A stretch of DNA of 64,000 bases from Bacteroidales bacterium (GTDB lineage Bacteria; Bacteroidota; Bacteroidia; Bacteroidales; WCHB1-69): the NCBI GenBank assembly GCA_017651425.1, contig JAGCCZ010000001.1:6222-70221 (forward strand), written 5' to 3'. Below are positions 29,321 through 40,035 of the stretch, piece after piece. How positions within the stretch are numbered: the stretch's first letter is position 1; each line of letters begins with the position of its first letter. The notes beneath the pieces were generated by a model. The model searched no databases. It was not told the origin of the DNA and worked only from the letters and a program-made list of their open reading frames with translations. Position numbers and translations under genes: made by a program.

Positions 29321-30043
29321 TCAAACCAACAGATAGGGCTCCATCAACCGCAGATACGCCTCCGTGTATCGGTTGGCGGCGTCGCGGATGACGAGACGCT
29401 CCTCCTCGCATGGGGAGCCCGTGCGGGCGTAAGACAGCACCACACGGTGCGCGGGCTTAAGCGAAGTGGGCTGCACGGTCACACGACGCACACAAGTCAG
29501 CGACTGGCAGGCTATCCTGTCGAACGCCTCCCCCTCCCGCACAGGCAGGATGAGTGAGAACCGTCCCTCATCGTCAAGGATTTTTAACACACCCTCTAAC
29601 AGGTCCGCGAACGGCAAGTTGCCATCACCATGGCGGCTTTGGCGGCGCGAAGGATTGTCCGGCTTGAGGTCGTTGTGATAAAAAGGCGGATTAGAGAGGA
29701 TATAATCGAAGGGGGCGCCCTGCCACTGTTGTGCAAACTCCTGTATTGTTGCCTGTTCAAAGTGCAGGTTTTCGGCGGGCAGCAGCGGATAGGACGCTGC
29801 GTTTTGTCGGGCCTCCGCAATGGAGGCCGCATCAGGGTCGATGCCGAAAACGACAGGGTTAACAGATTTTAACACCGCCTGCTGTGCGGCACAGAAGGCC
29901 ACCACCCCGCAACCGCAACCCACATCCAAGACACGTCGCGCACCGCTGGTGTCGCACAAAGACACCAAAAGCATCGCGTCAGTGCCCACCTTCATCGTGC
30001 TGCGATCGTGGTGGAGCGAAAAACGTTTGAAGCTGAAATCCAT
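29321..30043 (-). CDS. tRNA (adenine37-N6)-methyltransferase, TrmN6/YfiC-like
   Basis: FSFKRF..., VGTDAMLL, LDVGCGCG and SNPPFYH motifs. The track start is a TTG. ATG 30043 overlaps the manA stop as TGATG. Confidence 0.8.
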   Translation of the reverse strand: MDFSFKRFSLHHDRSTMKVGTDAMLLVSLCDTSGARRVLDVGCGCGVVAFCAAQQAVLKSVNPVVFGIDPDAASIAEARQNAASYPLLPAENLHFEQATIQEFAQQWQGAPFDYILSNPPFYHNDLKPDNPSRRQSRHGDGNLPFADLLEGVLKILDDEGRFSLILPVREGEAFDRIACQSLTCVRRVTVQPTSLKPAHRVVLSYARTGSPCEEERLVIRDAANRYTEAYLRLMEPYLLV

Positions 30044-31029
30044 CAGCAATAGACCTCCAACAACTTGGCACGACTGTCGGGGATAAGCTGCACCTCCTCG
30101 ACTTCGGCAGGCACAAGGGTCACGGCACCCGTCTCCAACACGAGGTGGCCGTCACCGTAAAAGAGATGCACGCGCCCTTCAAGACACATATAGACCACAA
30201 AAGAGTCGATTTCCACAAACGTCTTCTTGAGCGGCTGTTCAAACTCAAGCACGTTGGTGTTGAAATAGGGGGAGCGCACAAGCTTGACGGTCTGGTTCAA
30301 CTTCGGGGTGTAGTCAACCTTGAAGCCGCCTTGGCTGTTCTCCTCAAAATGGATGGCTTCGAGGGCTTCGGCGGTGTGCAGCTCGCGACTGTTGCCCTCG
30401 TCATCAACTCGATTCCAGTCGAAGATGCGGAAGGTCACGTCGGAGGGCTGCTGGATTTCGGCAAGGAGCACGCCCTTGCCGATAGCATGCACCGTGCCGG
30501 CGGGGATCATGAAGGTGTCGCCCGCTACAACAGGATAGAACTGCAGCAGCTCGTGAAGCACCCCCGTGTCCACCGCTTCCACATACTGCGCCTTCGTGAC
30601 CTTCTGCTTGAAGCCCACATACAGTCCGGCGCCCGGCTCGGCTGCGATAACGTGCCACATCTCCGTTTTGCCGTTCTGCCCATATTTTTTTTGCGCCAAC
30701 TCATCGTCAGGATGCACCTGCACGGAGAGATTGTCTTGCGCATCTATATACTTGATTAACAATGGGAAACCGAGTCCATACTTCTCGTAATTCTTCTCTC
30801 CCACCAAATCGGTGAGATAGACCTCGAGAAGTTCATTGATGTTGTTCTCCGCCAAAAAGCCGTTGGTCACCACGGACTCGTCGTCGATGATGCCGGAGAT
30901 TTCCCAGCTCTCGCCGCAACGTGCCATGCCGCCGGTTTCGTGTTTGAGAATTTTCTGGATTCTGCCGCCACCCCATATTTTTTCCTTCAAGATGGGCTTA
31001 AAGAGGAAAGGATATAAGAATTTGCTCAT
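30043..31029 (-). CDS. manA: Class I mannose-6-phosphate isomerase
   Basis: FKPILKEKIWGG N-terminus, with cupin QVHPDD and H..G motifs. Confidence 0.85.
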   Translation of the reverse strand: MSKFLYPFLFKPILKEKIWGGGRIQKILKHETGGMARCGESWEISGIIDDESVVTNGFLAENNINELLEVYLTDLVGEKNYEKYGLGFPLLIKYIDAQDNLSVQVHPDDELAQKKYGQNGKTEMWHVIAAEPGAGLYVGFKQKVTKAQYVEAVDTGVLHELLQFYPVVAGDTFMIPAGTVHAIGKGVLLAEIQQPSDVTFRIFDWNRVDDEGNSRELHTAEALEAIHFEENSQGGFKVDYTPKLNQTVKLVRSPYFNTNVLEFEQPLKKTFVEIDSFVVYMCLEGRVHLFYGDGHLVLETGAVTLVPAEVEEVQLIPDSRAKLLEVYC

Positions 31030-31031
31030 TA

Positions 31032-31988
31032 TCAGTTATTTGGATTATAAATTTGTCGGGGTTTATATTCATAGTCGGGTTTAACCTTGTCGGGATTGCT
31101 GCCGATCACGCTTTTCATGAAGAGCCAGCGGCCGTCCTCCTCGATGAATCCCTGACTCAGGCTGGATTCGGGCACCATGTAGGCGGGAATGGAGGGCATG
31201 TTCTCGTCCAACGGGATAAGCTGGTCGAAAATGATCATCGGGCTGGTCACGCGACGGTAGTCCACCTGGCGCGTCTTGGGGTTGTACTTGCCCGTGCTGA
31301 CAAGATACTCCTGGGTCTCGTAGTTGAGATGCAGCGATGCATTTTTGGAATACTCGAAAATGACGCGGCTGACTTTCCCGGGATAATTTTTAAAAACGCG
31401 CGCCCCGAAGACAGGTACCATCTCCTTGTTAAAATGCAGTATTTCAATAATCTTCTGGTTTGTAAACAGATTATTCCCATTCAATCCCAACAAGGTGTAG
31501 TATGTGATGTTTTTCTCCTTGACCGGAATCATCTTGTAATAGACGGCGCCGTACCAGCGGTTGTGGTTACCCACTTGCGTGTTGGGATAGTCTATTGTGC
31601 CGCGCTTGTCATACAGTGGGAAAAGCACATGTTTTTTTCGGGATTCATTGTAAACCTGCACAAAACCGAAATTCTCCACCGTATAGTCTTTTTTCACCAC
31701 ATGCCAGGTGAAAATCTTGAACACCTTGTCGGGGGAGGCCAGCACGGCGAAGTTGCGCACCGAGTCCCATGGATATTCAAAGGAGTGGGGTTTTTGCAAG
31801 ACCGTCTCCAACAGGGTCATGAACTCCTCGTTCATCTCCAACCGGACGGTCTCGTCAGGCTCGTTCATCACAATGTCGCGCAATGCGATCAGGGAATCCT
31901 CCCAGAATCGGAACTCCGACTGGCTTTTTTGGGCGAACACCGCCGTGCAAAGCAGCATCAGCATAATATGACAAAGGAGCTTCTTCAT
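31032..31988 (-). CDS. Hypothetical secreted protein
   Basis: 318 aa with a signal peptide. Its stop is 3 nt upstream of the manA ATG. Confidence 0.6.
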   Translation of the reverse strand: MKKLLCHIMLMLLCTAVFAQKSQSEFRFWEDSLIALRDIVMNEPDETVRLEMNEEFMTLLETVLQKPHSFEYPWDSVRNFAVLASPDKVFKIFTWHVVKKDYTVENFGFVQVYNESRKKHVLFPLYDKRGTIDYPNTQVGNHNRWYGAVYYKMIPVKEKNITYYTLLGLNGNNLFTNQKIIEILHFNKEMVPVFGARVFKNYPGKVSRVIFEYSKNASLHLNYETQEYLVSTGKYNPKTRQVDYRRVTSPMIIFDQLIPLDENMPSIPAYMVPESSLSQGFIEEDGRWLFMKSVIGSNPDKVKPDYEYKPRQIYNPNN

Positions 31989-32051
31989 AAAAGAGAGCGC
32001 AAAAGTAATAAAATTGTTGCTATATAACGTGCATTATTCAGTTTTGTTTTA

Positions 32052-32059
32052 TATCTTTG
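32052..32059 (+). promoter_or_regulatory. -7 box TATCTTTG
   Basis: Lies 25 nt upstream of ATG 32085. This supports the plus-strand ORF over the antisense one. Confidence 0.55.
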
Positions 32060-32084
32060 CAGGCTCATTATAAACATCCTTGTT

Positions 32085-32975
32085 ATGAAAACTTTGAAAA
32101 TCATCAAAAAAGAGTACCAACGCATTGGTTACGACGAAAACGACATCCAGCCTGTGGAGTATCTGGAGGTCTCCGCGCAGTACAACGACCACGGACAAAT
32201 CCTTCGCGAGGAGCGTTTCGACCCTGATGGAAACCTCAACACCCTGACGGTCAACAGTTACAACGACAACAACCTCCTTTGGAAGACGGAACAGTACGAC
32301 ATGGACAACATCCTTCTGCAAAAGACGGTGAACGAGTATGACGATCAGCAGCAGTTGGTGCAGGAAAACAACTATTTTGGTGACAGTGACCAAGTTTATG
32401 TCACAAAACTCATTTATGACGAGGATGGCAATCTGCTGCGACGGGAGATGTATTTCGAAGGAAAACTCGACTACGTGGAGAACATCTACGAATACAAGGA
32501 TGGTTTGTTGGTCAAGGAGGTGGAAAACGACGAATACGGCAAGGAGCTCAATGTCCACACCTACTCCTACAACGACAAGGGGCTGCTGGCCCGGCATGTT
32601 CGCGACGAGGTGCAGAACAAGGACCGCCGGTCCTACGAATACACTTACGACGACAATGACAATTGTATCAAGGAGTTGGTTTATGATTACGACAACGCCC
32701 TCATCGCAAAGGTCTATCGTAAGTATAACGAAAATGGTAAAATTGTGGAGACCGAGGAGGAGGATTTGGACCATTATCGCAAAATCACCTTGGAATATGA
32801 CGGCGACCTGGTGGTCAAGAACTCCATCCTCGACCGTGACGGGAACCTGCAAGGATGGGCGGAGTACTCTTACAACGAGGATGGGAAGGAAAACGCCTCG
32901 CGCGAGTTCATCAAGGACGAGGTGCAACCCGACCATTTCCGCCAGTTGCGTGAAACCAGATACGTGAGAGAGTAG
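32085..32975 (+). CDS. Acidic protein built of YD/RHS-like repeats, with no signal peptide
   Basis: About 10 repeats match the YD-repeat idea G..x..Y.YD..G.L: YSYNDKGLL, LIYDEDGNLL, YEYTYDDNDN, YSYNEDGKE. Confidence 0.65.
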   Translation: MKTLKIIKKEYQRIGYDENDIQPVEYLEVSAQYNDHGQILREERFDPDGNLNTLTVNSYNDNNLLWKTEQYDMDNILLQKTVNEYDDQQQLVQENNYFGDSDQVYVTKLIYDEDGNLLRREMYFEGKLDYVENIYEYKDGLLVKEVENDEYGKELNVHTYSYNDKGLLARHVRDEVQNKDRRSYEYTYDDNDNCIKELVYDYDNALIAKVYRKYNENGKIVETEEEDLDHYRKITLEYDGDLVVKNSILDRDGNLQGWAEYSYNEDGKENASREFIKDEVQPDHFRQLRETRYVRE

Positions 32976-33055
32976 GGAAAAACAATTATTCAGGAATTCC
33001 ACCGTTATTATCAGGAAGCTTTTGCAAAACCAAAAGCCGCTTCGTACATTTTTTG

Positions 33056-33063
33056 TATTTTTG
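33056..33063 (+). promoter_or_regulatory. -7 box TATTTTTG upstream of serS
   Basis: Lies 20 nt upstream of ATG 33084. Confidence 0.55.
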
Positions 33064-33083
33064 CGGCTTAAAATTTTTGAGCA

Positions 33084-34355
33084 ATGTTACAAATACAACT
33101 TTTACGCGAAAATCCGCAAGAAGTAATTGATAGATTGAAGATTAAAAACTTCGATGCAACCGAATTGGTGGCTCTGATCCGCCAGCTTGACACAGAAGCC
33201 CGCAATCTCAAAAAGGGGCTTGACGACAATCTCATGGAGCAAAACAAGGGAGCGAAGGAGATCGGCAAGCTCTTCAAGGAGGGCCGCCGCGACGAGGCCG
33301 AGGTGCTCAAGGCCCGCATGGCCGAGCTCAAGGAGAGCGAGAAGCGCGACCGCGCACGCATGCAGGAGGCCGAGGCCGAATTGTTGGAGAAGATGGTGCT
33401 GCTGCCCAACCTGCCCAACCATGCTGTGGCCCCCGGCAAGGGTGCCGAAGACAACGAGATTGTCTATACCGAAGGCGATGCCTCCAACATGGGTCCCGAT
33501 GCCCTGCCCCACTGGGACTTGGTGAAAAAATACGATATCATCGACTTCGAGTTGGGCAACAAGATCACGGGCGCAGGATTCCCCGTCTATAAGGGCAAGG
33601 GAGCCCGCATGCAGCGTGCCCTCATCGACTTTTTCCTCGACAGCGCCATCGAACACGGCTTCACCGAAATACAACCCCCGTACATGGTCAACGAGGATTC
33701 CGCCTACGGCACAGGCCAGCTGCCTGACAAGGAGGGCCAGATGTACCACTGCCAAGTCGATAACTTCTACCTGATCCCCACCGCCGAGGTGCCCGTCACC
33801 AACATCTACCGCGATGTCATCCTCAAGGAGAGCGACTTTCCGTTGAAGAACTGCGCCTATTCCGCCTGTTTCCGTCGCGAGGCCGGCTCCTATGGCAAGG
33901 ATGTGCGCGGACTCAACCGCCTGCACCAGTTCGACAAGGTCGAAATCGTCACCATTGAGCATCCCGACCGCTCGTACGAGACTTTGGAGAAGATGACCGA
34001 CTACGCCAAGAGTCTGCTCACCAAGCTGGGCCTGCCTTTCCGCGTGCTGCGTCTCTGCGGCGGCGACATCAGCTTCACCTCCGCGCTCACCTACGACCTT
34101 GAAGTTTATTCCAAGGCCCAGCAGAAATGGTTGGAAGTCAGCTCCGTGTCCAACTTCGAGTCCTATCAGGCCAACCGTCTGAAGTTGCGTTTCAAAGACG
34201 CCAACGGCAAAACCCGCTTGGCACACACCCTCAACGGCAGTGCTCTCGCCCTGCCCCGCGTGATGGCCGCCCTTCTCGAGAACAACCAAACCCCCGAAGG
34301 CATCATCGTGCCCGAAGTGTTGCGCCCCTACACCCATTTCGACATCATCGACTAA
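33084..34355 (+). CDS. serS: Serine--tRNA ligase
   Basis: 423 aa with an N-terminal coiled-coil arm and class II motifs (TAEVPVTN, FRREAGS). Confidence 0.95.
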   Translation: MLQIQLLRENPQEVIDRLKIKNFDATELVALIRQLDTEARNLKKGLDDNLMEQNKGAKEIGKLFKEGRRDEAEVLKARMAELKESEKRDRARMQEAEAELLEKMVLLPNLPNHAVAPGKGAEDNEIVYTEGDASNMGPDALPHWDLVKKYDIIDFELGNKITGAGFPVYKGKGARMQRALIDFFLDSAIEHGFTEIQPPYMVNEDSAYGTGQLPDKEGQMYHCQVDNFYLIPTAEVPVTNIYRDVILKESDFPLKNCAYSACFRREAGSYGKDVRGLNRLHQFDKVEIVTIEHPDRSYETLEKMTDYAKSLLTKLGLPFRVLRLCGGDISFTSALTYDLEVYSKAQQKWLEVSSVSNFESYQANRLKLRFKDANGKTRLAHTLNGSALALPRVMAALLENNQTPEGIIVPEVLRPYTHFDIID

Positions 34356-34363
34356 CCGCCGAA

Positions 34364-36241
34364 ATGAAACGCATCCTCTTTGTTTTCTTGCTCGTGCTGT
34401 CCTGCGTCGCGCTCTGGGCCCAACAGAGCGAAGACGAGAAGTTGGCTTTGCAATATTACAAGGATAAGGAATTCGACAAGGCCATCACACTCTTCGAGAA
34501 AATACAGAACCAAAAGCCGAACTCTTACATATACTATTATTACTACGCCTCCCTGATGGAACTGGAACGCTACTCTGATCTGGAAAAGCTGACCAAGAAA
34601 CAGATCAAGGCGTTCCCCAACGTGCAACGCTACAAGGTCGATCAAGGATATGCCTACGAACGGGCCGGCGACAACGCCAAGGCGGAAAAGATCTACCAAG
34701 ACCTCATCAAGAGCTTGCAAGCCAAAGAGTTTTCCGTGCAGGAACTCTACAGCGCCTTCTATTCGCGTGCCAAATACGACTATGCTATCGAGACGATCTT
34801 GAAAGGGAGAAAAATGCTGAACAACAGCAACCTCCTGTCCAAGGAACTGCTCTCTATTTACCAGCACCTCAACCAAACGGACAAGATTATCGAGGAGGTG
34901 CTCTCTCTTGTGAAAGACGACAACTCCGCCAACATGGAGCCTGCGCAAAACGCCCTCCAGAACCTGCTGCTTGACGACGAAGACAACCAGAAATACCTGG
35001 CTGTCAAAGGAACCTTGCAGAAATATTCCCAAAAATCGCCCGACAACATCTGCTATCTGATGCTGCTCTCTTGGATCAACCAGCTGCACAAGGAGTACGG
35101 TGAGGCGCTGATTCTGGCCAAGGCCATCGACAAACGGCAAAAAACGGAATGCATCCGCACCTACGACTTGGCCTGCGTTGCAGCCGACAACCACGACTAT
35201 GCCACCGCCATCGAAGCATTGGAATACATCGTTTCCAAAGGGGAATCTGTACACAACTACGTCCAGGCTAAAATGAAAATTCTGGATGTCAAGTATTTAC
35301 AACTTACGGAAACCTATCCTATCAAGATGGTGGATGCTATCAACCTTGAACGGAATTTCAAGAAGGTGTTGGATGAAAACGGCATGCACTCCGGCACGGC
35401 CGACTGGATCCGCAAGTACGCCCACCTGCTCGCCTTTTATGTCAACAAGCCCCAGGAGGCCGTCGATGTGCTCACCGAAGCGATGAACAACGCCACCCGA
35501 GACCCGAAGGAGAAAAACCAGTTTAAGATCGACCTGGCCGATGTGCAACTCTACATGGGCAATGTGTGGGATGCCACGCTCAACTATTCGCAAGTCAACA
35601 AAGACCTGCCTAACGACGATCTCGGCAACGAAGCCAAGTTCAAGAACGCCAAGCTCTCCTTCTACATCGGCGAGTTTGACTGGGCCAAGAGCCAGCTTGA
35701 CGTGCTCTCCTCCGCCACCACCAAGCTCATCGCCAACGATGCCATCTATTTCTCCTTGCTCATTTCCGACAACCAGGAAGAGGAGGAGGAAGAAGAAGGC
35801 GAAGAGGAGGACACTACATACTTGCTCTTCGAGAAACCCTCCACCAACATGCCGCTCCTGAAATATGCCGAAGCCGATTTTCTCATCTTCCAGAACAAGG
35901 ACGACAAAGCGCTTGAAAAACTCGACTCCGTCATTGCGCTCGCACCCTTTGGAACGCTGGTGGACGATGCCCTCTACCAAAAGGCCCTCATCTTCATCAA
36001 AAGGAAGGATTACCTCGGTGCCGAGAATTTGCTCAAGAACATCATCGAAAACCACGGCACTGAGTTGCTGGCCGACGATGCCGTTTTCAAGTTGGCGGAA
36101 CTGTATGAATATTACATCAAGGATATTCCCAAGGCCATGGAGTATTACCAGAAGATACTGAAAGACCACAGTGGCAGTCTCTTCGTGGTGGAAGCCCGGA
36201 AGCGCTATCGTGCTCTTCGCGGTGACAACGTCATAGAATAG
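34364..36241 (+). CDS. Secreted tetratricopeptide-repeat protein with an internal poly-Glu tract
   Basis: The true start MKRILFVFLLVLSCVALWAQ is at 34364. The track ORF from 34127 overlaps serS out of frame. TPR-like helices run throughout. Confidence 0.75.
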   Translation: MKRILFVFLLVLSCVALWAQQSEDEKLALQYYKDKEFDKAITLFEKIQNQKPNSYIYYYYYASLMELERYSDLEKLTKKQIKAFPNVQRYKVDQGYAYERAGDNAKAEKIYQDLIKSLQAKEFSVQELYSAFYSRAKYDYAIETILKGRKMLNNSNLLSKELLSIYQHLNQTDKIIEEVLSLVKDDNSANMEPAQNALQNLLLDDEDNQKYLAVKGTLQKYSQKSPDNICYLMLLSWINQLHKEYGEALILAKAIDKRQKTECIRTYDLACVAADNHDYATAIEALEYIVSKGESVHNYVQAKMKILDVKYLQLTETYPIKMVDAINLERNFKKVLDENGMHSGTADWIRKYAHLLAFYVNKPQEAVDVLTEAMNNATRDPKEKNQFKIDLADVQLYMGNVWDATLNYSQVNKDLPNDDLGNEAKFKNAKLSFYIGEFDWAKSQLDVLSSATTKLIANDAIYFSLLISDNQEEEEEEEGEEEDTTYLLFEKPSTNMPLLKYAEADFLIFQNKDDKALEKLDSVIALAPFGTLVDDALYQKALIFIKRKDYLGAENLLKNIIENHGTELLADDAVFKLAELYEYYIKDIPKAMEYYQKILKDHSGSLFVVEARKRYRALRGDNVIE

Positions 36242-36270
36242 TTTGATAATCAAAATATTATAAGAAAGTC

Positions 36271-37080
36271 TTGAAAAAACCCGCGAGGACATACTCATAT
36301 TCGGAGGTCAAGGCCAAGAAGCGGTTGGGGCAGCATTTCCTCAAGAACGAGGAGATCGCCCGACGCATTGCGGAGGCCGTACGCACCCCCGACGCCCATG
36401 TGCTTGAGGTGGGTCCCGGCATGGGTGTGCTCACCCAATATCTGCTCCAGCAGCCCTTCGCCTCCTTTTCCGCCGTCGAGCTTGACGAGGAATCCGTCAC
36501 CTACCTGCAAGAGCACTTCCCGCAGTTGGGCGACAACCTCATAGCGGGCGATTTTTTGCGCATGGACCTTGCCGCACGCTATCCTGGCAAGTTCGTCATC
36601 GTGGGAAACTTCCCCTACAACATCTCTTCGCAGATTCTCTTCAAGCTGCTCGAGTACCGCGACCAAGCCGTCGAGCTGGTCGGGATGTTCCAAAAGGAGG
36701 TCGGGGAGCGCGCCACCACCAGCCCCGGCAACAAGCAATACGGCATCGTCAGTGTGCTGCTCCAGGCCTTCTACGACACCGAATATCTCTTCACGGTGGA
36801 TGAGCACGAGTTCAACCCGCCGCCGCAAGTCAAATCCGCCGTCATCCGCGTCACCCGCAATTTCGACAAGAAGCTGCACTGTGACGAGAACACCTTCAAG
36901 ACGGTGGTCAAGACCGCCTTCAACTACCGCCGCAAGACGCTTCGCAACGCCTTGCAGGCGTTGCCTTTTCCGCCTGACATCGTGGCCGCCGACCCCCTCT
37001 TCGCCCTCCGTGCAGAACAACTCTCCCTACAGGATTACGAGCGACTCAGCAACCTCTTGATTCAAAACGAGAAAAAGTAA
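36271..37080 (+). CDS. rsmA: 16S rRNA (adenine1518/1519-N6)-dimethyltransferase
   Basis: KKRLGQHFL, EVGPGMG and GNFPYNISS motifs. The only in-frame start after the upstream stop is TTG 36271, so a non-ATG start is inferred. Confidence 0.88.
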   Translation: MKKPARTYSYSEVKAKKRLGQHFLKNEEIARRIAEAVRTPDAHVLEVGPGMGVLTQYLLQQPFASFSAVELDEESVTYLQEHFPQLGDNLIAGDFLRMDLAARYPGKFVIVGNFPYNISSQILFKLLEYRDQAVELVGMFQKEVGERATTSPGNKQYGIVSVLLQAFYDTEYLFTVDEHEFNPPPQVKSAVIRVTRNFDKKLHCDENTFKTVVKTAFNYRRKTLRNALQALPFPPDIVAADPLFALRAEQLSLQDYERLSNLLIQNEKK

Positions 37081-37137
37081 GACACAAGGTGTAGTCCGAT
37101 TAAACATTTCCCTTTCGAAACCAATCAAAATAATTCG

Positions 37138-37145
37138 TAATTTTG
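37138..37145 (+). promoter_or_regulatory. -7 box TAATTTTG
   Basis: Lies 25 nt upstream of ATG 37171. Confidence 0.55.
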
Positions 37146-37170
37146 CACCGGAAATAAATCATACAAGAAA

Positions 37171-37548
37171 ATGAAAAAACTCTTTTATATCAGCATGCTG
37201 TTGCTTTTGATGACGGGTTGCCAGTCCCAGAAAAAAATCGTCTCCGTCAGCAAGGAGACCAATGAGTTCACCATGCGCAAGGGGCAATATTGCGAAATCG
37301 CCTTCCGCACGAACGCCTCCACCGGATTCTGGTGGCAACTGGCAAACAAGGATGAGATCACCATTGTGGACTCTTTGGAGTCGCGCTACGAAAGCGACGC
37401 CCCGAAGGGCATGGTGGGCGCCTCCTCGGATCGTTATTGGAAGTTCTACGCCAAGGAAAAGGGCACACAGACGCTGAGGTTCGTCTATGCCCGCGACAAT
37501 CAAGACGAGGCCATCCGGACCCGCGAGGTCACCATCACCGTCAAGTGA
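37171..37548 (+). CDS. Chagasin-family (I42) cysteine-peptidase inhibitor lipoprotein
   Basis: Lipobox LLMTGC. NASTGFWW matches the NPTTGY.W loop, and there are further G-rich and W.F loops. 125 aa. Confidence 0.72.
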   Translation: MKKLFYISMLLLLMTGCQSQKKIVSVSKETNEFTMRKGQYCEIAFRTNASTGFWWQLANKDEITIVDSLESRYESDAPKGMVGASSDRYWKFYAKEKGTQTLRFVYARDNQDEAIRTREVTITVK

Positions 37549-38783
37549 TGCCCTCCCCCCGTCTGTTCGTCGCCATCCCCGCGATGGATGAATGTGACCA
37601 CTTGCCCCTCACGCTTCAGGATTTGAAGGAACAAGTGGATGTTTCCTCTTTTGACACTTACATCTGCGTAAACCAGCCCGACGACTACTGGCAACAGCCG
37701 GAAAAGAGAGGTTTGTGCGAGCGCAACATGCAGACGCTGCGCTTGTTGGAGCTTGAAGCTCAAAATTCGGCTCAAAGCGGTGCTGGTATGCTTCATGTGT
37801 TGGACCATGCCTCGCCGGGCAAGGGATGGCAAGGGCGGAAGCGTGGTGTGGGTTGGGCCCGCAAGACGCTCTTCGACACCATCATGCAGGTGGCCGATGC
37901 CGACGACCTTATCGTCAGCTTGGATGCCGACACCCGCGTGCCTGCCGACTATCTGCACGCCGTGACCGAGGCCATGGTGCTGCATCCCGAATGGCCGGCG
38001 CTCTCCGTGCCCTACTACCACCCGCTCGCGGGCAACGATGCCCAGGACCGGGCCATGTTGCGCTATGAAATCTACATGCGCAACTACGCCCTCAATCTCT
38101 TCAAGATCGGAAGTCCGTACAGTTTCACCGCCCTCGGGTCCGCCATCGTCATGCGCGTGGGCGCCCTGAGAAAAATCGGCGGCATAACGCCCGTACAGAG
38201 CGGCGAGGACTTCTACTTGTTGCAAAAATTCCGCAAGATGGCATCCATCGGAAATTACTGCAACACCACGGTTTATCCATCCTCCCGTCTCTCCGACCGC
38301 GTCCTTTTCGGCACCGGTCCCGCCCTCATCAAAGGAACGCAAGGCGACTGGGAAAGCTATCCTGTTTACCATCACAGCCTCTTTGAGAGCATTGCCGAAA
38401 CCTACCGGCGACTGCCGCAACTCTACCGTGAAGATGTGGAGACCGACTTCCTCCTTTTTCTGCAAAAACAGTTCAACGAAAAGCATATTTGGGACAAAAT
38501 CCGGCATAATGTGACCGATTTCCGACATTTTGCACTGGCCTTTCACCAAAAAGCCGACGGCTTGCGCATCCTGCAGTATCTTCGCCTCAAACATCGCGAG
38601 TTGCCGATGTCAACAGAGAAATCGTTGTTTGAAAACATGGTCCGATGGATTCCGGAAAAAGTTCCTTCCTGGCTCAAAAAAGAGGCCGCATTTGCTGATT
38701 TTACTACCGAACAGATGGACAAAATCCGGAGATTATTATTCGGGATTGAAAATGAATGTCGTAGAAATAATTTTTCCATATAA
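37548..38783 (+). CDS. Family-2-like glycosyltransferase
   Basis: The start MPSPRLFVAIPAMDE overlaps the upstream stop as ATGA. It has an SLDADTRVP DxD-type motif and QSGEDFY. Confidence 0.62.
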   Translation: MPSPRLFVAIPAMDECDHLPLTLQDLKEQVDVSSFDTYICVNQPDDYWQQPEKRGLCERNMQTLRLLELEAQNSAQSGAGMLHVLDHASPGKGWQGRKRGVGWARKTLFDTIMQVADADDLIVSLDADTRVPADYLHAVTEAMVLHPEWPALSVPYYHPLAGNDAQDRAMLRYEIYMRNYALNLFKIGSPYSFTALGSAIVMRVGALRKIGGITPVQSGEDFYLLQKFRKMASIGNYCNTTVYPSSRLSDRVLFGTGPALIKGTQGDWESYPVYHHSLFESIAETYRRLPQLYREDVETDFLLFLQKQFNEKHIWDKIRHNVTDFRHFALAFHQKADGLRILQYLRLKHRELPMSTEKSLFENMVRWIPEKVPSWLKKEAAFADFTTEQMDKIRRLLFGIENECRRNNFSI

Positions 38784-38801
38784 AACTATGGATAAAAATA
38801 G

Positions 38802-38809
38802 TATCTTTG
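38802..38809 (+). promoter_or_regulatory. -7 box TATCTTTG upstream of gapA
   Basis: Lies 45 nt upstream of ATG 38855. Confidence 0.5.
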
Positions 38810-38833
38810 CACGCTTATTTCAGCAACACATAA

Positions 38834-39865
<1,032 letters not shown>

Positions 39866-39899
39866 TCAAAAACCCATTTGCCTTTTATGGCATCAAAAA

Positions 39900-39930
39900 G
39901 GAGGATGTTGAAAAACGTCCTCCTTTTTTT
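39900..39930 (+). terminator. Rho-independent terminator after gapA, A-run upstream so possibly bidirectional
   Basis: GGAGGATG/CGTCCTCC stem with an 8-nt loop, followed by seven T. Confidence 0.75.
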
Positions 39931-40035
39931 GTCACATATAGTTGTCTTTTTTCGCGTTTTCAAAACTGTGCATGTGCGAAACATGAGACTGCAAAAATAA
40001 AAAAACTTGAGAGATAGAGAACTGTAAATGCAATA

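Noticed and set aside
32049-33002. 317-aa minus-strand ORF that fully overlaps the YD-repeat ORF
   Set aside because: The plus-strand ORF has a TATCTTTG box 25 nt upstream of an ATG and a coherent repeat architecture. The minus-strand translation is V/L-rich antisense-type sequence.
34127-34363. N-terminal extensions of track ORFs (34127, 37437, 43659, 54596, 55669, 20938, 13228, 6768, 30049)
   Set aside because: The extensions overlap upstream genes out of frame, or start at TTG codons inside promoter boxes. Internal ATGs give canonical N-termini or signal peptides.
35777-35812. GAA/GAG-rich run encoding EEEEEEEGEEED
   Set aside because: It is an in-frame acidic linker within the TPR protein, too short and imperfect to call a functional DNA repeat.
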